Source: an uncultured Dehalococcoidia bacterium (lineage in GTDB: Bacteria > Chloroflexota > Dehalococcoidia > Lucifugimonadales > UBA2985). From it: 64,000 bases of DNA. The DNA lies in NCBI GenBank assembly GCA_964573055.1, contig CAZNIG010000003.1, positions 82,085 through 146,084 of the forward strand. The letters run 5' to 3'. Below, in pieces: positions 22,974-32,496 of the stretch; position 1 is the first letter of the stretch; every line of letters begins with the position of its first letter. The position numbers were made by a program, and so were the translations under genes. Below the pieces are notes generated by a model. It did not search any database. It had not been told where the DNA came from and saw nothing but the letters and a program-made list of their open reading frames with translations.

Positions 22974-23678
22974 TTAGTCAACATATCTCATAAGGAAATC
23001 AATTATAAACCCCTGAACTCTAGGACCTGAGACATCGTAAAGTAAATCAGTCCCATGAGACATACCTTCGACTTTATGCCCTTCCGAGAGCTGCGGAGAG
23101 GTTTGCAAGAACAGATCGACGCTACGTGCATAGAAACCGTTGGTATCTCCCTCCGCGGCAATAAACAACTTTGGTTCTGTAACATATTCCAAGTCATCTC
23201 GTATATCTAAGCCTTCAACCATCGGAGGAGCTGATAGAACAATAACCCCCTCCGTAATTAAATTCGCCGCAGCCTTAACGGAGGCTGCTCCACCCATGCC
23301 AGCTCCTATAAGTACTACCCTAGAAACATCCTTCTCTTCCAAGTAGTTTACAGCAGCCTGGACATCAAGATCCAAAACATCTATGTTACGACTGCCACCA
23401 GATTCCCCATAACCACGAAAATCGTAGGATAGGACTGTATAGCCTTTATCTCGCAATACCCTAGCAAAAGGCCACCAATCTTTTTGGCTCGATTCCTCCA
23501 TATGACTTAGGACTACCCCTATATCCCCGGTACCAAAACTATAACCCGATAAAACAACACCATCTTGGGTATCGAAGTTAGCAGGTTCAGCGTTTCCCCC
23601 AGGCCCAATGCTTGAACTACACCCGCTGGGTGCCATGGCTGATATTAACAAAATAAGCGATATGCTAAGGATTTTCAT
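22974..23678 (-). CDS. Alpha/beta-hydrolase fold lipoprotein (nucleophile position is Gly)
   Basis: Signal peptide with lipobox-like PSG-C; DFRGYGES, GAGMGG elbow and HGT. Confidence 0.8.
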   Translation of the reverse strand: MKILSISLILLISAMAPSGCSSSIGPGGNAEPANFDTQDGVVLSGYSFGTGDIGVVLSHMEESSQKDWWPFARVLRDKGYTVLSYDFRGYGESGGSRNIDVLDLDVQAAVNYLEEKDVSRVVLIGAGMGGAASVKAAANLITEGVIVLSAPPMVEGLDIRDDLEYVTEPKLFIAAEGDTNGFYARSVDLFLQTSPQLSEGHKVEGMSHGTDLLYDVSGPRVQGFIIDFLMRYVD

Positions 23679-24237
23679 GTGCTAGAAGCTCAAATGGAAG
23701 ATTTCGGTCTTCATACCGTGCCATAGTGAAAACTAGATCTGCAAGCCTGTTTAAATATCTGAGTACCTCGAGGTTGGCTAGCAGACCTAAATTATTCAAA
23801 TCCACCGTTCTTCGCTCAGCTCGTCTCAACACACTGCGAGCAATATCCATCGCGGCAGAAGCCTGAGACGCCCCTGGTATAATAAAAGCCCTAGGAAGGG
23901 TGATCTCTTCAGTCAATTCATCTATCATCTGCTCTATTTGCTCGATCATGTCTGGCGTAATTACACTAAAATGTTTCTTGAACGTTTCATGGTAATTGAG
24001 ATCTGTTGCAAGTTCAGCTCCGACGGTAAACAAGTCCGTTTGTATCCCCCATATCATGCCCTTTAGCTTGTCGGTTTTGACCAGTGCTCTGGCAAGGCCA
24101 AGAGCCGACACAGCTTCATCTACAGCCCCATAGGCCTCACAACGTGGATCTGACTTAGACACCCTGCCACCGTAAAGCAAGCCCGTGTCGCCTTCATCGC
24201 CGCCTTTTGTATATATTTTGGCCAATCTGCCCTCCAA
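23665..24237 (-). CDS. PduO-type ATP:cob(I)alamin adenosyltransferase
   Basis: KIYTKGGDEG, AYGAVDE, RRAERR and YLNRLAD motifs. Confidence 0.93.
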   Translation of the reverse strand: MEGRLAKIYTKGGDEGDTGLLYGGRVSKSDPRCEAYGAVDEAVSALGLARALVKTDKLKGMIWGIQTDLFTVGAELATDLNYHETFKKHFSVITPDMIEQIEQMIDELTEEITLPRAFIIPGASQASAAMDIARSVLRRAERRTVDLNNLGLLANLEVLRYLNRLADLVFTMARYEDRNLPFELLAHENP

Positions 24238-24612
24238 TCGCGGATTATATCATACACAATCCCACACATATCTATCGTCCATATCTATACCAAAGCCTGT
24301 TACACCCATTCTAACTTGCCAATAACTACATGTACCGAAAACAATACTGAGGCACTGGACCACTTCACCATATGACATTGCGTTACAAAAAGTCCTCGCA
24401 CAATTACCATCCCATAGTCGTTTCATATGGTATAATCTTCCACCTGTGCAGTCTTAGTGATGATGGAGTTATAGTTACTAATAGTGTACATGAGCTTCTG
24501 CTCTTGCCACCTACCAATAGATGCAGAGTTGAGTCCATTAAATGCAAATAGTCAAAACCCACTCGGCGCCGACTGTAATCAGATTAGGCCGGGCCGAAAG
24601 AAAGGCGGCTAA

Positions 24613-25332
24613 TTGTTCCGCGTAGACGGTAGAGGTAACGACGAATCTCGCGAAACCACCATAATTCCTTCCTTCATGGCATTCCCTGAAGGCTCAGCCT
24701 TGATCGAGGTAGGGCTAACCAAGGTGATCTGCACAGCTTCTCTTGAAGAACGGGTCCCTCAGTTCCTGAGAGGCCAAGGAAAAGGTTGGGTAACAGCAGA
24801 ATACAGCATGCTACCCGGCTCAACATTGACCAGACGCTCGAGAGATAGAGGCGGCGAAATCTCCGGAAGAACACAAGAAATTCAACGATTAATTGGTAGA
24901 TCCCTCAGGGCAGTAATGGATCTGGATGCTTTAGGTGAGCGCACGATTACTATAGATTGTGACGTCTTACAGGCTGATGGCGGGACACGAACAGCAGCTA
25001 TAACAGGAGCATATGTCGCTCTATATCAGGCTCTTGAGTACCTAGTCAAATCAGGGACTCTACGATCAATACCAATTCGCGGAGCCGTAGCTGCCACCAG
25101 TGTCGGCATAGTAAACGGAGAAGCCATTCTGGATCTCTGCTACGATGAGGATTATAGGGCAGAAGTAGATTTCAACATCGTTATGACTGATAAATCAGAA
25201 TTCATTGAACTTCAGGCAACTGCTGAAGGTCAGCCTTTCGACAAAAAGAATATGGAGGACTTGATTGCATTGGCTGAAAAGGGAATAAGATCCAACCTCC
25301 AAGCTCAAAATTATGCACTAAAAGGAATCTAA
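24613..25332 (+). CDS. rph: Ribonuclease PH
   Basis: [26 protein letters not shown] and [13 protein letters not shown] motifs; TTG start. Confidence 0.97.
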   Translation: MFRVDGRGNDESRETTIIPSFMAFPEGSALIEVGLTKVICTASLEERVPQFLRGQGKGWVTAEYSMLPGSTLTRRSRDRGGEISGRTQEIQRLIGRSLRAVMDLDALGERTITIDCDVLQADGGTRTAAITGAYVALYQALEYLVKSGTLRSIPIRGAVAATSVGIVNGEAILDLCYDEDYRAEVDFNIVMTDKSEFIELQATAEGQPFDKKNMEDLIALAEKGIRSNLQAQNYALKGI

Positions 25333-25484
25333 CAAGACAAATTAACATCTTATGTTGATGCCTAATGTGGATCACCTATATAAGCGCACGGAGATTTTCT
25401 CCCTTACTGACCAATATGATATAATCCTGCCCGGAGTCGCCGCGCATACGTCTGAAGTATTACCTAAAATGCGCCTAGCCTTGT

Positions 25485-25559
25485 TCCCGGATAGCTCAGT
25501 GGTAGAGCAAGCGGCTGTTAACCGCTAGGTCGTAGGTTCGAATCCTACTCCGGGAGCCA
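25485..25559 (+). tRNA. tRNA-Asn (GTT)
   Basis: Cloverleaf: TCCCGGA/TCCGGGA acceptor stem, TAGCTCAGTGGTAGAGC D-arm, AGCGG-CTGTTAA-CCGCT anticodon arm, GGTTCGAATCC T-arm and encoded CCA. Confidence 0.98.
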
Positions 25560-25742
25560 ATTACCTCCACCTTATACACTAATTGCTTTCCTCAGCAACT
25601 CACATCAGATCGAACATATCTAAAGACAATGGTATGATTCTTGGTTCTCTTGTAATAATTGGTTATATACAATGTCCACAGAATACCCCTATCATCTTTC
25701 AACATATATCAAAACCACTATACCCACCAGAGCACCCTTCTA

Positions 25743-26957
25743 ATGCCAGTTAGTCAGGTAGTAGTAAAGGATACCTCAACCAGGTACCACGGGCTGGATG
25801 CGTTAAGAGGCATAGCTATGCTTCTCGGCATTGTTTTACACGCCGCACTGCCGTATATGCCAAATATAGAAGCATTCTGGCCAGGAGATAAAAACTCATC
25901 GCATGTAGTAACCGCCATATTCCATTTCATACATATATGGCGCATGCCATTGTTTTTTATTCTCACAGGGTTTTTCGCGAATTTGATTATTAGTAGAAAG
26001 TCCTGGTCAGCCTGGTGGGGAAATAGACTACTACGCATAGGCTTACCCATAGTAGTTTTCTCCCCCTTAATGTCAGCAACTTTACCGTGGATTTTTGCAT
26101 ACGGCAAAACAGGAGAATTCACCACTTTCTATTCAAATGAAGGGCTCCCTTTTCATTTGTGGTTTTTGTGGCACTTAATAATATTTGTCATCATTACAGC
26201 AATATTCAGATTCCTATACCTTGGAGGGGTTGGAATTTTAATGAATCTAAACAGAATCGGGCTGGGTTTTATCGATATCATATTGTGCAAATCTAGATCT
26301 GTTTTGTCCGGCATATTGTTCCAGTCTAGATTCCCCATAACTTTTATAATTGCTTGTATTATTGTCAATTTTTCAACCGGCGGAGAACTGATTGTCAATG
26401 TAGGCGCGAGCCTACTATATTTTGGTTTTGGTTACAGCCTATACAACAATCATTCGTTATTCATATTTTTGAAAGCTCATTGGAGAGATTATTTCCTAGC
26501 AGGGATAATTGGCTACAGCCTGTTTATGATGGTGACTCTAGCCATTGATTCTAAGCTACAGCCTGACATATATAATAGGAGCGTGACTAGTTCAGCCGAA
26601 ACTGGATGGGACATAGAGTCTTTGTGGCTACTACAGTATCTATTAAAAATCACTTGTGCCGTTTTATTTTCATATGCATTCATTGGTCTATCAGAAAGAC
26701 AATTTGGCTCCTACAACCCTAAATTAAGATTTATATCCGACGGGGCATATTGGATGTATTTAATACACCTGCCTATAGTTACGATTATCACGTTCTCCAT
26801 GTTCAGTCTAAATATCCCAGTAGGGGTTAAATTCATAATTGCTATAGGAGCCACTTCCATAATCTGCCTAGTTACCTATAAATATCTTGTAAGACATACC
26901 CCTATTGGCATCTTATTGAACGGCAGAAGATATCCTTTCAAGACGACAGAATCTTAA
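25743..26957 (+). CDS. Acyltransferase family 3 membrane protein (OpgC/MdoC-like)
   Basis: YHGLDALRG, HIWRMPLFF, HLWFL and AYWMYLIHLP motifs; ~10 TM helices; start uncertain. Confidence 0.88.
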   Translation: MPVSQVVVKDTSTRYHGLDALRGIAMLLGIVLHAALPYMPNIEAFWPGDKNSSHVVTAIFHFIHIWRMPLFFILTGFFANLIISRKSWSAWWGNRLLRIGLPIVVFSPLMSATLPWIFAYGKTGEFTTFYSNEGLPFHLWFLWHLIIFVIITAIFRFLYLGGVGILMNLNRIGLGFIDIILCKSRSVLSGILFQSRFPITFIIACIIVNFSTGGELIVNVGASLLYFGFGYSLYNNHSLFIFLKAHWRDYFLAGIIGYSLFMMVTLAIDSKLQPDIYNRSVTSSAETGWDIESLWLLQYLLKITCAVLFSYAFIGLSERQFGSYNPKLRFISDGAYWMYLIHLPIVTIITFSMFSLNIPVGVKFIIAIGATSIICLVTYKYLVRHTPIGILLNGRRYPFKTTES

Positions 26958-27000
26958 CTGCAAGTTAATATAGCCCAGAGAATCCTCTTGAGTGTTCATC

Positions 27001-27510
27001 ATGATAAATAAACCAACTATAAATGTGGTTCTAATAACTCCAGAAATACCCCAGAATACTGGCAATATAATCCGACTATGCGCGAATATCGGGGCTCGCC
27101 TACACCTTGTAGAACCATTAGGGTTTCGACTAGACGACAAGGGATTGCGTAGGGCTTCCCTTGATTATCTTGACCTTACAGATGTCGTTTGCCACCCTTC
27201 AATCGAATCGTTTTGGAAATCTGTAGATAACCGTCGAATCTACGGGGCAATACCAAATGGGCAGGTACTATACAATTCACCAAGATATCGCTTCGGAGAT
27301 ACGATCTTATTTGGTCCAGAAAGCTCAGGGCTGCCAAGGCAAATCGTGGACAAATTGCAAACCAATAATCGTGTAAGAATACCTATGAGACCATCGAACC
27401 GCAGCCTCAACATTTCCAACGCCGTCGCGATAATTGCCTTCGAGATGTGGAGGCAGATGAACTTTAATGGGGCTCTCGATCAATTAACACAAGGCCCTAC
27501 CAGTGATTGA
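27001..27510 (+). CDS. trmL: tRNA (cytidine/uridine-34-2'-O)-methyltransferase
   Basis: PEIPQNTGNIIRLC, LFGPESSGLP and RSLNISN SPOUT motifs. Confidence 0.95.
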   Translation: MINKPTINVVLITPEIPQNTGNIIRLCANIGARLHLVEPLGFRLDDKGLRRASLDYLDLTDVVCHPSIESFWKSVDNRRIYGAIPNGQVLYNSPRYRFGDTILFGPESSGLPRQIVDKLQTNNRVRIPMRPSNRSLNISNAVAIIAFEMWRQMNFNGALDQLTQGPTSD

Positions 27511-27672
27511 GTCAATTTATGCCTGAAGTTCAGTGAACCCTATCGAAGTCATCATAACCGAAAGATTAGACCACTCATCCCCGGCGATATATACCAGAAC
27601 GGCCCGCTGTATTTGAACTGGAGAAAGGTGGACCTAGCCCTGCTTATTGCTAACGAGTTCCCATGCTTCGAA

Positions 27673-28563
27673 TCATCTACCTTCGAACTGCTGGCCCATC
27701 TCACGCAGAAACTGATCCACCTTCGGAGAAAGTGGCGGTGTGATTAAAGATGTCGAAGCACTCTGATTCCTAGCATCGTAAGCAGCCTCTAGTTCACCCA
27801 CCAACTCCTCAAATGCGGAGTTGCCAGACATTTCTTTAGTTAAGTCGTCGTACTGCTTTCTACCAGGCTCTCTGTCAATCAGTGAAGCGGGCAGTTGATA
27901 CAACTGACATATTATCTCCAAAAGTCGAGCCTCACCTGCATAATCTTCATCTAAATCTAGATACTGGGGTAGCTGCACCATTAGGCTCATAGTTTCAACA
28001 CCATTTTCTTCCAACGAATCGTTGGCCAAACTCAAGATGCTGAGCGGACCCTGGTAATTACCGCTGGAGCGCCTGACTGATACAAGCCCAGAAAGCTCTT
28101 CGATTTTTTCTGTGCCTGGCGACCCTGTTACCCTAAGTGGCCTGGTATGTGGCACCGAACTGTACATGCCTCCTATTCGCAAGTACCTCTGCACCTTAAA
28201 ATACGTAAGGAGTTGGATGACAGACTCAAGATACTCCTCAGCGTTGGAGTGAGGCTCAAGCAAGTGAAACAATAATAGGTCGTGCCCACCTTCTCTTCTG
28301 ACTAGATATATGTGACTATTAGGAACTGTTATTTCGCGCCGACCATCTATGTTCTGAGCCGTAGGTCTATACCTAGTAAAATCAAAGAATCTCCCTGGAG
28401 TTGATAGTTTTCCTAGCTCTTGGGCGTCGAAATAGCGCATCAGACTTCCGAGTGCTAAGGTCCCCACGCTCCCAGCATCTACCCAAGGAACCAATACCGA
28501 GACAACGTGTGGCTCCTTGAGCTCAGGAGTAGGATCTATTATATCAAAGGCACCTATATTCAT
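27673..28563 (-). CDS. PAC2 family (proteasome assembly chaperone-like) protein
   Basis: WVDAGSVG, FFDFTRYRP, EPH, VPHTRP and PQYL motifs; C-terminal LE..YD. Confidence 0.85.
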   Translation of the reverse strand: MNIGAFDIIDPTPELKEPHVVSVLVPWVDAGSVGTLALGSLMRYFDAQELGKLSTPGRFFDFTRYRPTAQNIDGRREITVPNSHIYLVRREGGHDLLLFHLLEPHSNAEEYLESVIQLLTYFKVQRYLRIGGMYSSVPHTRPLRVTGSPGTEKIEELSGLVSVRRSSGNYQGPLSILSLANDSLEENGVETMSLMVQLPQYLDLDEDYAGEARLLEIICQLYQLPASLIDREPGRKQYDDLTKEMSGNSAFEELVGELEAAYDARNQSASTSLITPPLSPKVDQFLREMGQQFEGR

Positions 28564-28831
28564 TATCCTATGTTGTCACATAAGCAGGTTTTTCGCAACT
28601 ACACGACAGCCTCGAACATGCCCATATCCACAAACTAAATAGTCTATGTGAATCGTTATATATAATGGCCAGAAGACGAATCGACCTATCTGACGGGATG
28701 ATGGCTGAATTAGAGAGCACTGCATAGGGAGCCTTTGATATCTGAATGAGGCGTGATAACTATAGCCCTAGACTATTGCGTGCTCCAAGTAGCTTAATAA
28801 AACTGAATACAAATACAACTGCACAAGACTT

Positions 28832-31300
28832 CTAGTAGATCACCTTACTCTCCACGAGACTTTCGATCTCTGCACTACTCATACCCAATAAACCACCGAA
28901 GACCGTCTCGTTGTGCTGTCCCAATTCTGGGCATGGCCCTACAACACGGCTGGGAGTCGCGCTAAGTCTAACCATAGGACCAGGATGCTCAAGAACTCCA
29001 AAGACTGGCCGATGATCCACAGTCAAAATATAATCTCTAGCGCGAAGATTTGGGTCATAGTAAAGATCTTCGGCGTTGGATACCATACCTGCAGGGACCC
29101 CTGACTCTTGCAAAAGCCTCATTGCTTCTCTAGGAGTACGTTCGCTAGTCCAATCACCGATACGGCTGTTCAATTCTTCAAGATTCGCTAACCGCCCTTC
29201 TACAGTTGAGAACTTAGGATCCTGGCTCCAAGTAGGATTGTCTAATGCAATGCGGAGGGCCTCCCATTGTTCATCGTTATAACATGCGATGGCGCACCAG
29301 GCATCAAACCCTTGACAAAGGAACACGTCGTGAGGAGCAGCGTTAGGATTTCTATTCCCTGCAGGTTCCCATATATGTCCATTCAGTGAGTAGTCAGCAA
29401 AAGCAACACCCATGGTAGTAACTAGTCCCTCAAGCTGGGCCAGTTCAATCATTTGACCCTTTCCAGTCATATCTCTGTATTCAAGCGCAGACAAAATCCC
29501 GCACGCACCCGAAACAGCCGCTATAAAGTCTGGCAGAGGTACCTTGGGCCTAGTACGTCCGTATGACTCTGGATGTGCCCATAGGTTCATCAGGCCTGAG
29601 TAAGCCGCCAAGCTTTGCCCGTAGGACAGCTGGTCAGAGTTGGGCCCGGAATTACCAAACCCTGGCATACTGAGATAGATAATCCCTGGATTTAGTTGTC
29701 GCATTCTCTCATAGCCCAAGCCCCAGCCCTCAAGAACTCCTGACCGAAAATTTTCTACCACACAGTCGCTCTCTTGTATCAGCTTCTCCATAATTGGCAT
29801 GGCACCTTCATGTGACATATTTAGAGTAATGGACTGCTTGCCGCGTTCCTTTTCGGCGAAGTTAAAATTGAATGCACCTACAGCCTGAGCTCGATCTGGT
29901 AGCATATGCGACTCTATCTTGATCACCTCAGCACCTAACTCAGCAAGATAGCGAGTCATAAATGGTCCTGCCCATACACGGCTGAAATCCAGTATACGGA
30001 GTCCTCTCAACGGCAAAGGAGACTCGCCGTCTTCACCGTCTGCGATCGGAATTTCAGCATGATTCGGTTTCTCGGGAGCAGGGTCCTCAAGCCATTCTCG
30101 TATTACTTGAGAAGTATGCTGGCCCAAGGTTGGCGCTGGACGATAGATACGCCACGGGCTTTCCCCCATACGATAAGGAGCCCCTGGAATTTGATAACTA
30201 CCTACCACAGGATGATCAACGGAAACATAATAGTTTCTAAAACCAAGGTGTTCATCATTTATTAGATCCTCTATAGTCATTAGCGGAGATGTAGGTATGT
30301 GCCTACGCTGGGCCTCATTGTGAAATTCTAATTTCGAGAAATCCGAGGAGAATTCTGAAACCAGTGCTTCCAATACGTCTCCATTCTCTCGACGAAATTC
30401 TCGATCTTTCCAGATTTCATCCTTGAGTAGATCATTGTCCATCCATTCATAAAGGGCTTCCACGTGCCTCGGATAGCCAGGCTGCATATATACGAAACCA
30501 TCGCTACACGGATATGTGTTTGTAGGAGCATTATTCGTAGAAGCACCAACTCGCCTGTTAATTTGAACCGAATTGGCATATCTCCCCATATACGCGAGTA
30601 TGTTGGCCAAAACCTCTTGTACTGCCACCTCTATATGCTGCCCTTTACTTGATCTATTACGATACCTCAAGGCTATAAGACTCGCCATGGCCGCATGCTG
30701 AGCAGCCAACTGAGATCCTTGTGCCAAGGGAGCCATAGCAGGCCGCATGTCTGGATCACCATATCCATACATTAGTCCCCCCAAAGCCTGCGCAACGAGT
30801 TCGCCTCCTAAGTAATCTTTATACGGGCCATCGAAACCAAATGGAGTTATTGTTGTATGTATGAGTCCTGGATTTAACGAATGTAGTGCTCCATAACCAA
30901 GACCAAGAGAATCGAGATTCCATTTAGAGCCGTCCTCCAAGAGGATGTCGGCCACCTGTACCAAGTTTTTTAGCCTCTCCTGGTCTGAGGTTTCATTCAA
31001 ATCCAGGATTATCCCTCGTTTATTGAGGTTATAAGTTAAGAATGTAATGCTCTTCTCAGGATCAGCGTCCTTACCGGCGAAAGGCCTTTCGGATCGAGCG
31101 ATATCTCCTTCTGGACCCTCAACTAGAATGACGTCTGCCCCCAAATCAGCCATAATACGTCCTGCATACTGGAAGCCCGGCCCAGTCAAATCTAGTACGC
31201 GCAGATGAGCGAGTGCACCACCCACATAGTGTGCGCACTTATTGCACCTTACCTCCGTTACAGATATCTCATTTTGACAATTTGCACATTGCTTGGTCAC
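28832..31300 (-). CDS. Tandem two-domain class III CoA-transferase (CaiB/BaiF) with N-terminal CxxC..CxxC zinc ribbon
   Basis: Two CaiB repeats (LRVLDL..LGADVI and LRILDFSRVWAGP..LGAEVIKIE), each ending P.LGQH; GAGGAGG RBS before the GTG. Confidence 0.92.
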   Translation of the reverse strand: MTKQCANCQNEISVTEVRCNKCAHYVGGALAHLRVLDLTGPGFQYAGRIMADLGADVILVEGPEGDIARSERPFAGKDADPEKSITFLTYNLNKRGIILDLNETSDQERLKNLVQVADILLEDGSKWNLDSLGLGYGALHSLNPGLIHTTITPFGFDGPYKDYLGGELVAQALGGLMYGYGDPDMRPAMAPLAQGSQLAAQHAAMASLIALRYRNRSSKGQHIEVAVQEVLANILAYMGRYANSVQINRRVGASTNNAPTNTYPCSDGFVYMQPGYPRHVEALYEWMDNDLLKDEIWKDREFRRENGDVLEALVSEFSSDFSKLEFHNEAQRRHIPTSPLMTIEDLINDEHLGFRNYYVSVDHPVVGSYQIPGAPYRMGESPWRIYRPAPTLGQHTSQVIREWLEDPAPEKPNHAEIPIADGEDGESPLPLRGLRILDFSRVWAGPFMTRYLAELGAEVIKIESHMLPDRAQAVGAFNFNFAEKERGKQSITLNMSHEGAMPIMEKLIQESDCVVENFRSGVLEGWGLGYERMRQLNPGIIYLSMPGFGNSGPNSDQLSYGQSLAAYSGLMNLWAHPESYGRTRPKVPLPDFIAAVSGACGILSALEYRDMTGKGQMIELAQLEGLVTTMGVAFADYSLNGHIWEPAGNRNPNAAPHDVFLCQGFDAWCAIACYNDEQWEALRIALDNPTWSQDPKFSTVEGRLANLEELNSRIGDWTSERTPREAMRLLQESGVPAGMVSNAEDLYYDPNLRARDYILTVDHRPVFGVLEHPGPMVRLSATPSRVVGPCPELGQHNETVFGGLLGMSSAEIESLVESKVIY

Positions 31301-31457
31301 TTGACTCTAGACCTCCTCGATGAACATGGTGGAATCCGTGCAGGTGCTACGAAACGCGCAGCCCTCGCGGCTTAACTAACGTGGGAGACGTATCGTAATC
31401 GGCATTAAGCACGGCAATTCGTATATCTAAGAGCCCTGCGCACGCTTAGTAGACGAT

Positions 31458-31486
31458 ATTATAACTGGGGCAACTTCTTTCGTAAA
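31458..31486 (-). promoter_or_regulatory. Sigma70-type promoter for the fused CoA-transferase
   Basis: TTTACG-17 bp-TATAAT. Confidence 0.65.
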
Positions 31487-31647
31487 GTATGGAGATTTAA
31501 GAAATCATCGTTTGTGAGAAGGCCAGATGTATGCCGTCTACAATCTATTCAATCCCATCACCTTATCCACCTCTATTGCTATACCCCTAGCTTCTTGAGA
31601 GAATAGAATTCGCCCTGCCACCAAGCTACCTATCCTCATGAGAGAAG

Positions 31648-32496
31648 TTAAAGTACAGATTCCTCCTCATCCTCATCTCTGACAATCTTAATCATACCTC
31701 CAGAATCTGAGGGAGGAGCAGCTATATTTGCTTCACCTTCTTCATCCCACTCGATTATTGGAGATCTATCTATTTCCTCTACTGCCCCCTCAAGTTCCAG
31801 GTCAACAGGCATTGCAGAATTCATGAAATTCGAATAGGACCCCCTAGGAGTTCGTTTGGGAGGAAAAGATACTACACCGCTTTGGCTAGGGTCCCTGTGT
31901 GTCTCCTTAATCATTACCACCAATCGCTTTTCGTCGACAGACGTCACCGCCGCGGTATATTGATTTCCAGCACTCATCAATCGCGCTAGACGAATACCTA
32001 ACTTGTATTCGAGGGTTCCTAGGTGACCTCCATCTGGACTCTGGACAATCATCTCGTTGCCAGATAAGTGGAGTACTAGCAAATCACCTGGGGTCATACG
32101 CAGATGGGACTTATCTGATGACGAGCGATCGAGAGAGATAGTTGTAGTTTTGCCTCTCTCCTCTATAAAGAGTTCCGGAGTAACCTTGTAACCATTCTTG
32201 GGCTTGACCTTATCGCGTTTGAGATGGACCAGCCTTTGAAGATTCTTCCTCGCGATAACATTAGCTGGACTTATTTCTACAGCCATTCGAAAAGCATCTT
32301 CAGCTTCCCGATATTTACCTTGTTCGGAAAAAGCCTTGCCAAGACGGTTATATGCCTCGACATCCCGAGGGTTCTCCTCAATTATCTCAGTATTCAATGC
32401 AGTGGCTTCTTTCCATTTACTTTCCAAAGCCAGCGCAATAGCTTCTTTCGCTTTGTCTCTTCTTATCCAAGCTTTCGATTCGTCTTTAGCCACCAT
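31648..32496 (-). CDS. TPR-repeat protein with HIRAN-like central domain and acidic tail
   Basis: TPR (AYNRLGKAFSEQGKYREAEDAFRMAVEISPAN), F(I)EERGKT motif, beta-rich middle region and D/E-rich C-terminus; start uncertain (32496 or 32538). Confidence 0.75.
   Translation of the reverse strand: MVAKDESKAWIRRDKAKEAIALALESKWKEATALNTEIIEENPRDVEAYNRLGKAFSEQGKYREAEDAFRMAVEISPANVIARKNLQRLVHLKRDKVKPKNGYKVTPELFIEERGKTTTISLDRSSSDKSHLRMTPGDLLVLHLSGNEMIVQSPDGGHLGTLEYKLGIRLARLMSAGNQYTAAVTSVDEKRLVVMIKETHRDPSQSGVVSFPPKRTPRGSYSNFMNSAMPVDLELEGAVEEIDRSPIIEWDEEGEANIAAPPSDSGGMIKIVRDEDEEESVL

Noticed and set aside
24457-24501. Fluoride (crcB) riboswitch-like words GATGGAGTT...ATGAGCTTCTGC in the rph leader
   Set aside because: P1 pairing is too weak, the spacing and pseudoknot do not match, and the downstream gene is not fluoride-related
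25422-25440. AATCCTGCCCGGAG resembling the tRNA-Asn 3' end (possible att site)
   Set aside because: It coincides with the tRNA promoter -10/discriminator, has several mismatches, lies on the wrong side for an island boundary, and no integrase is present
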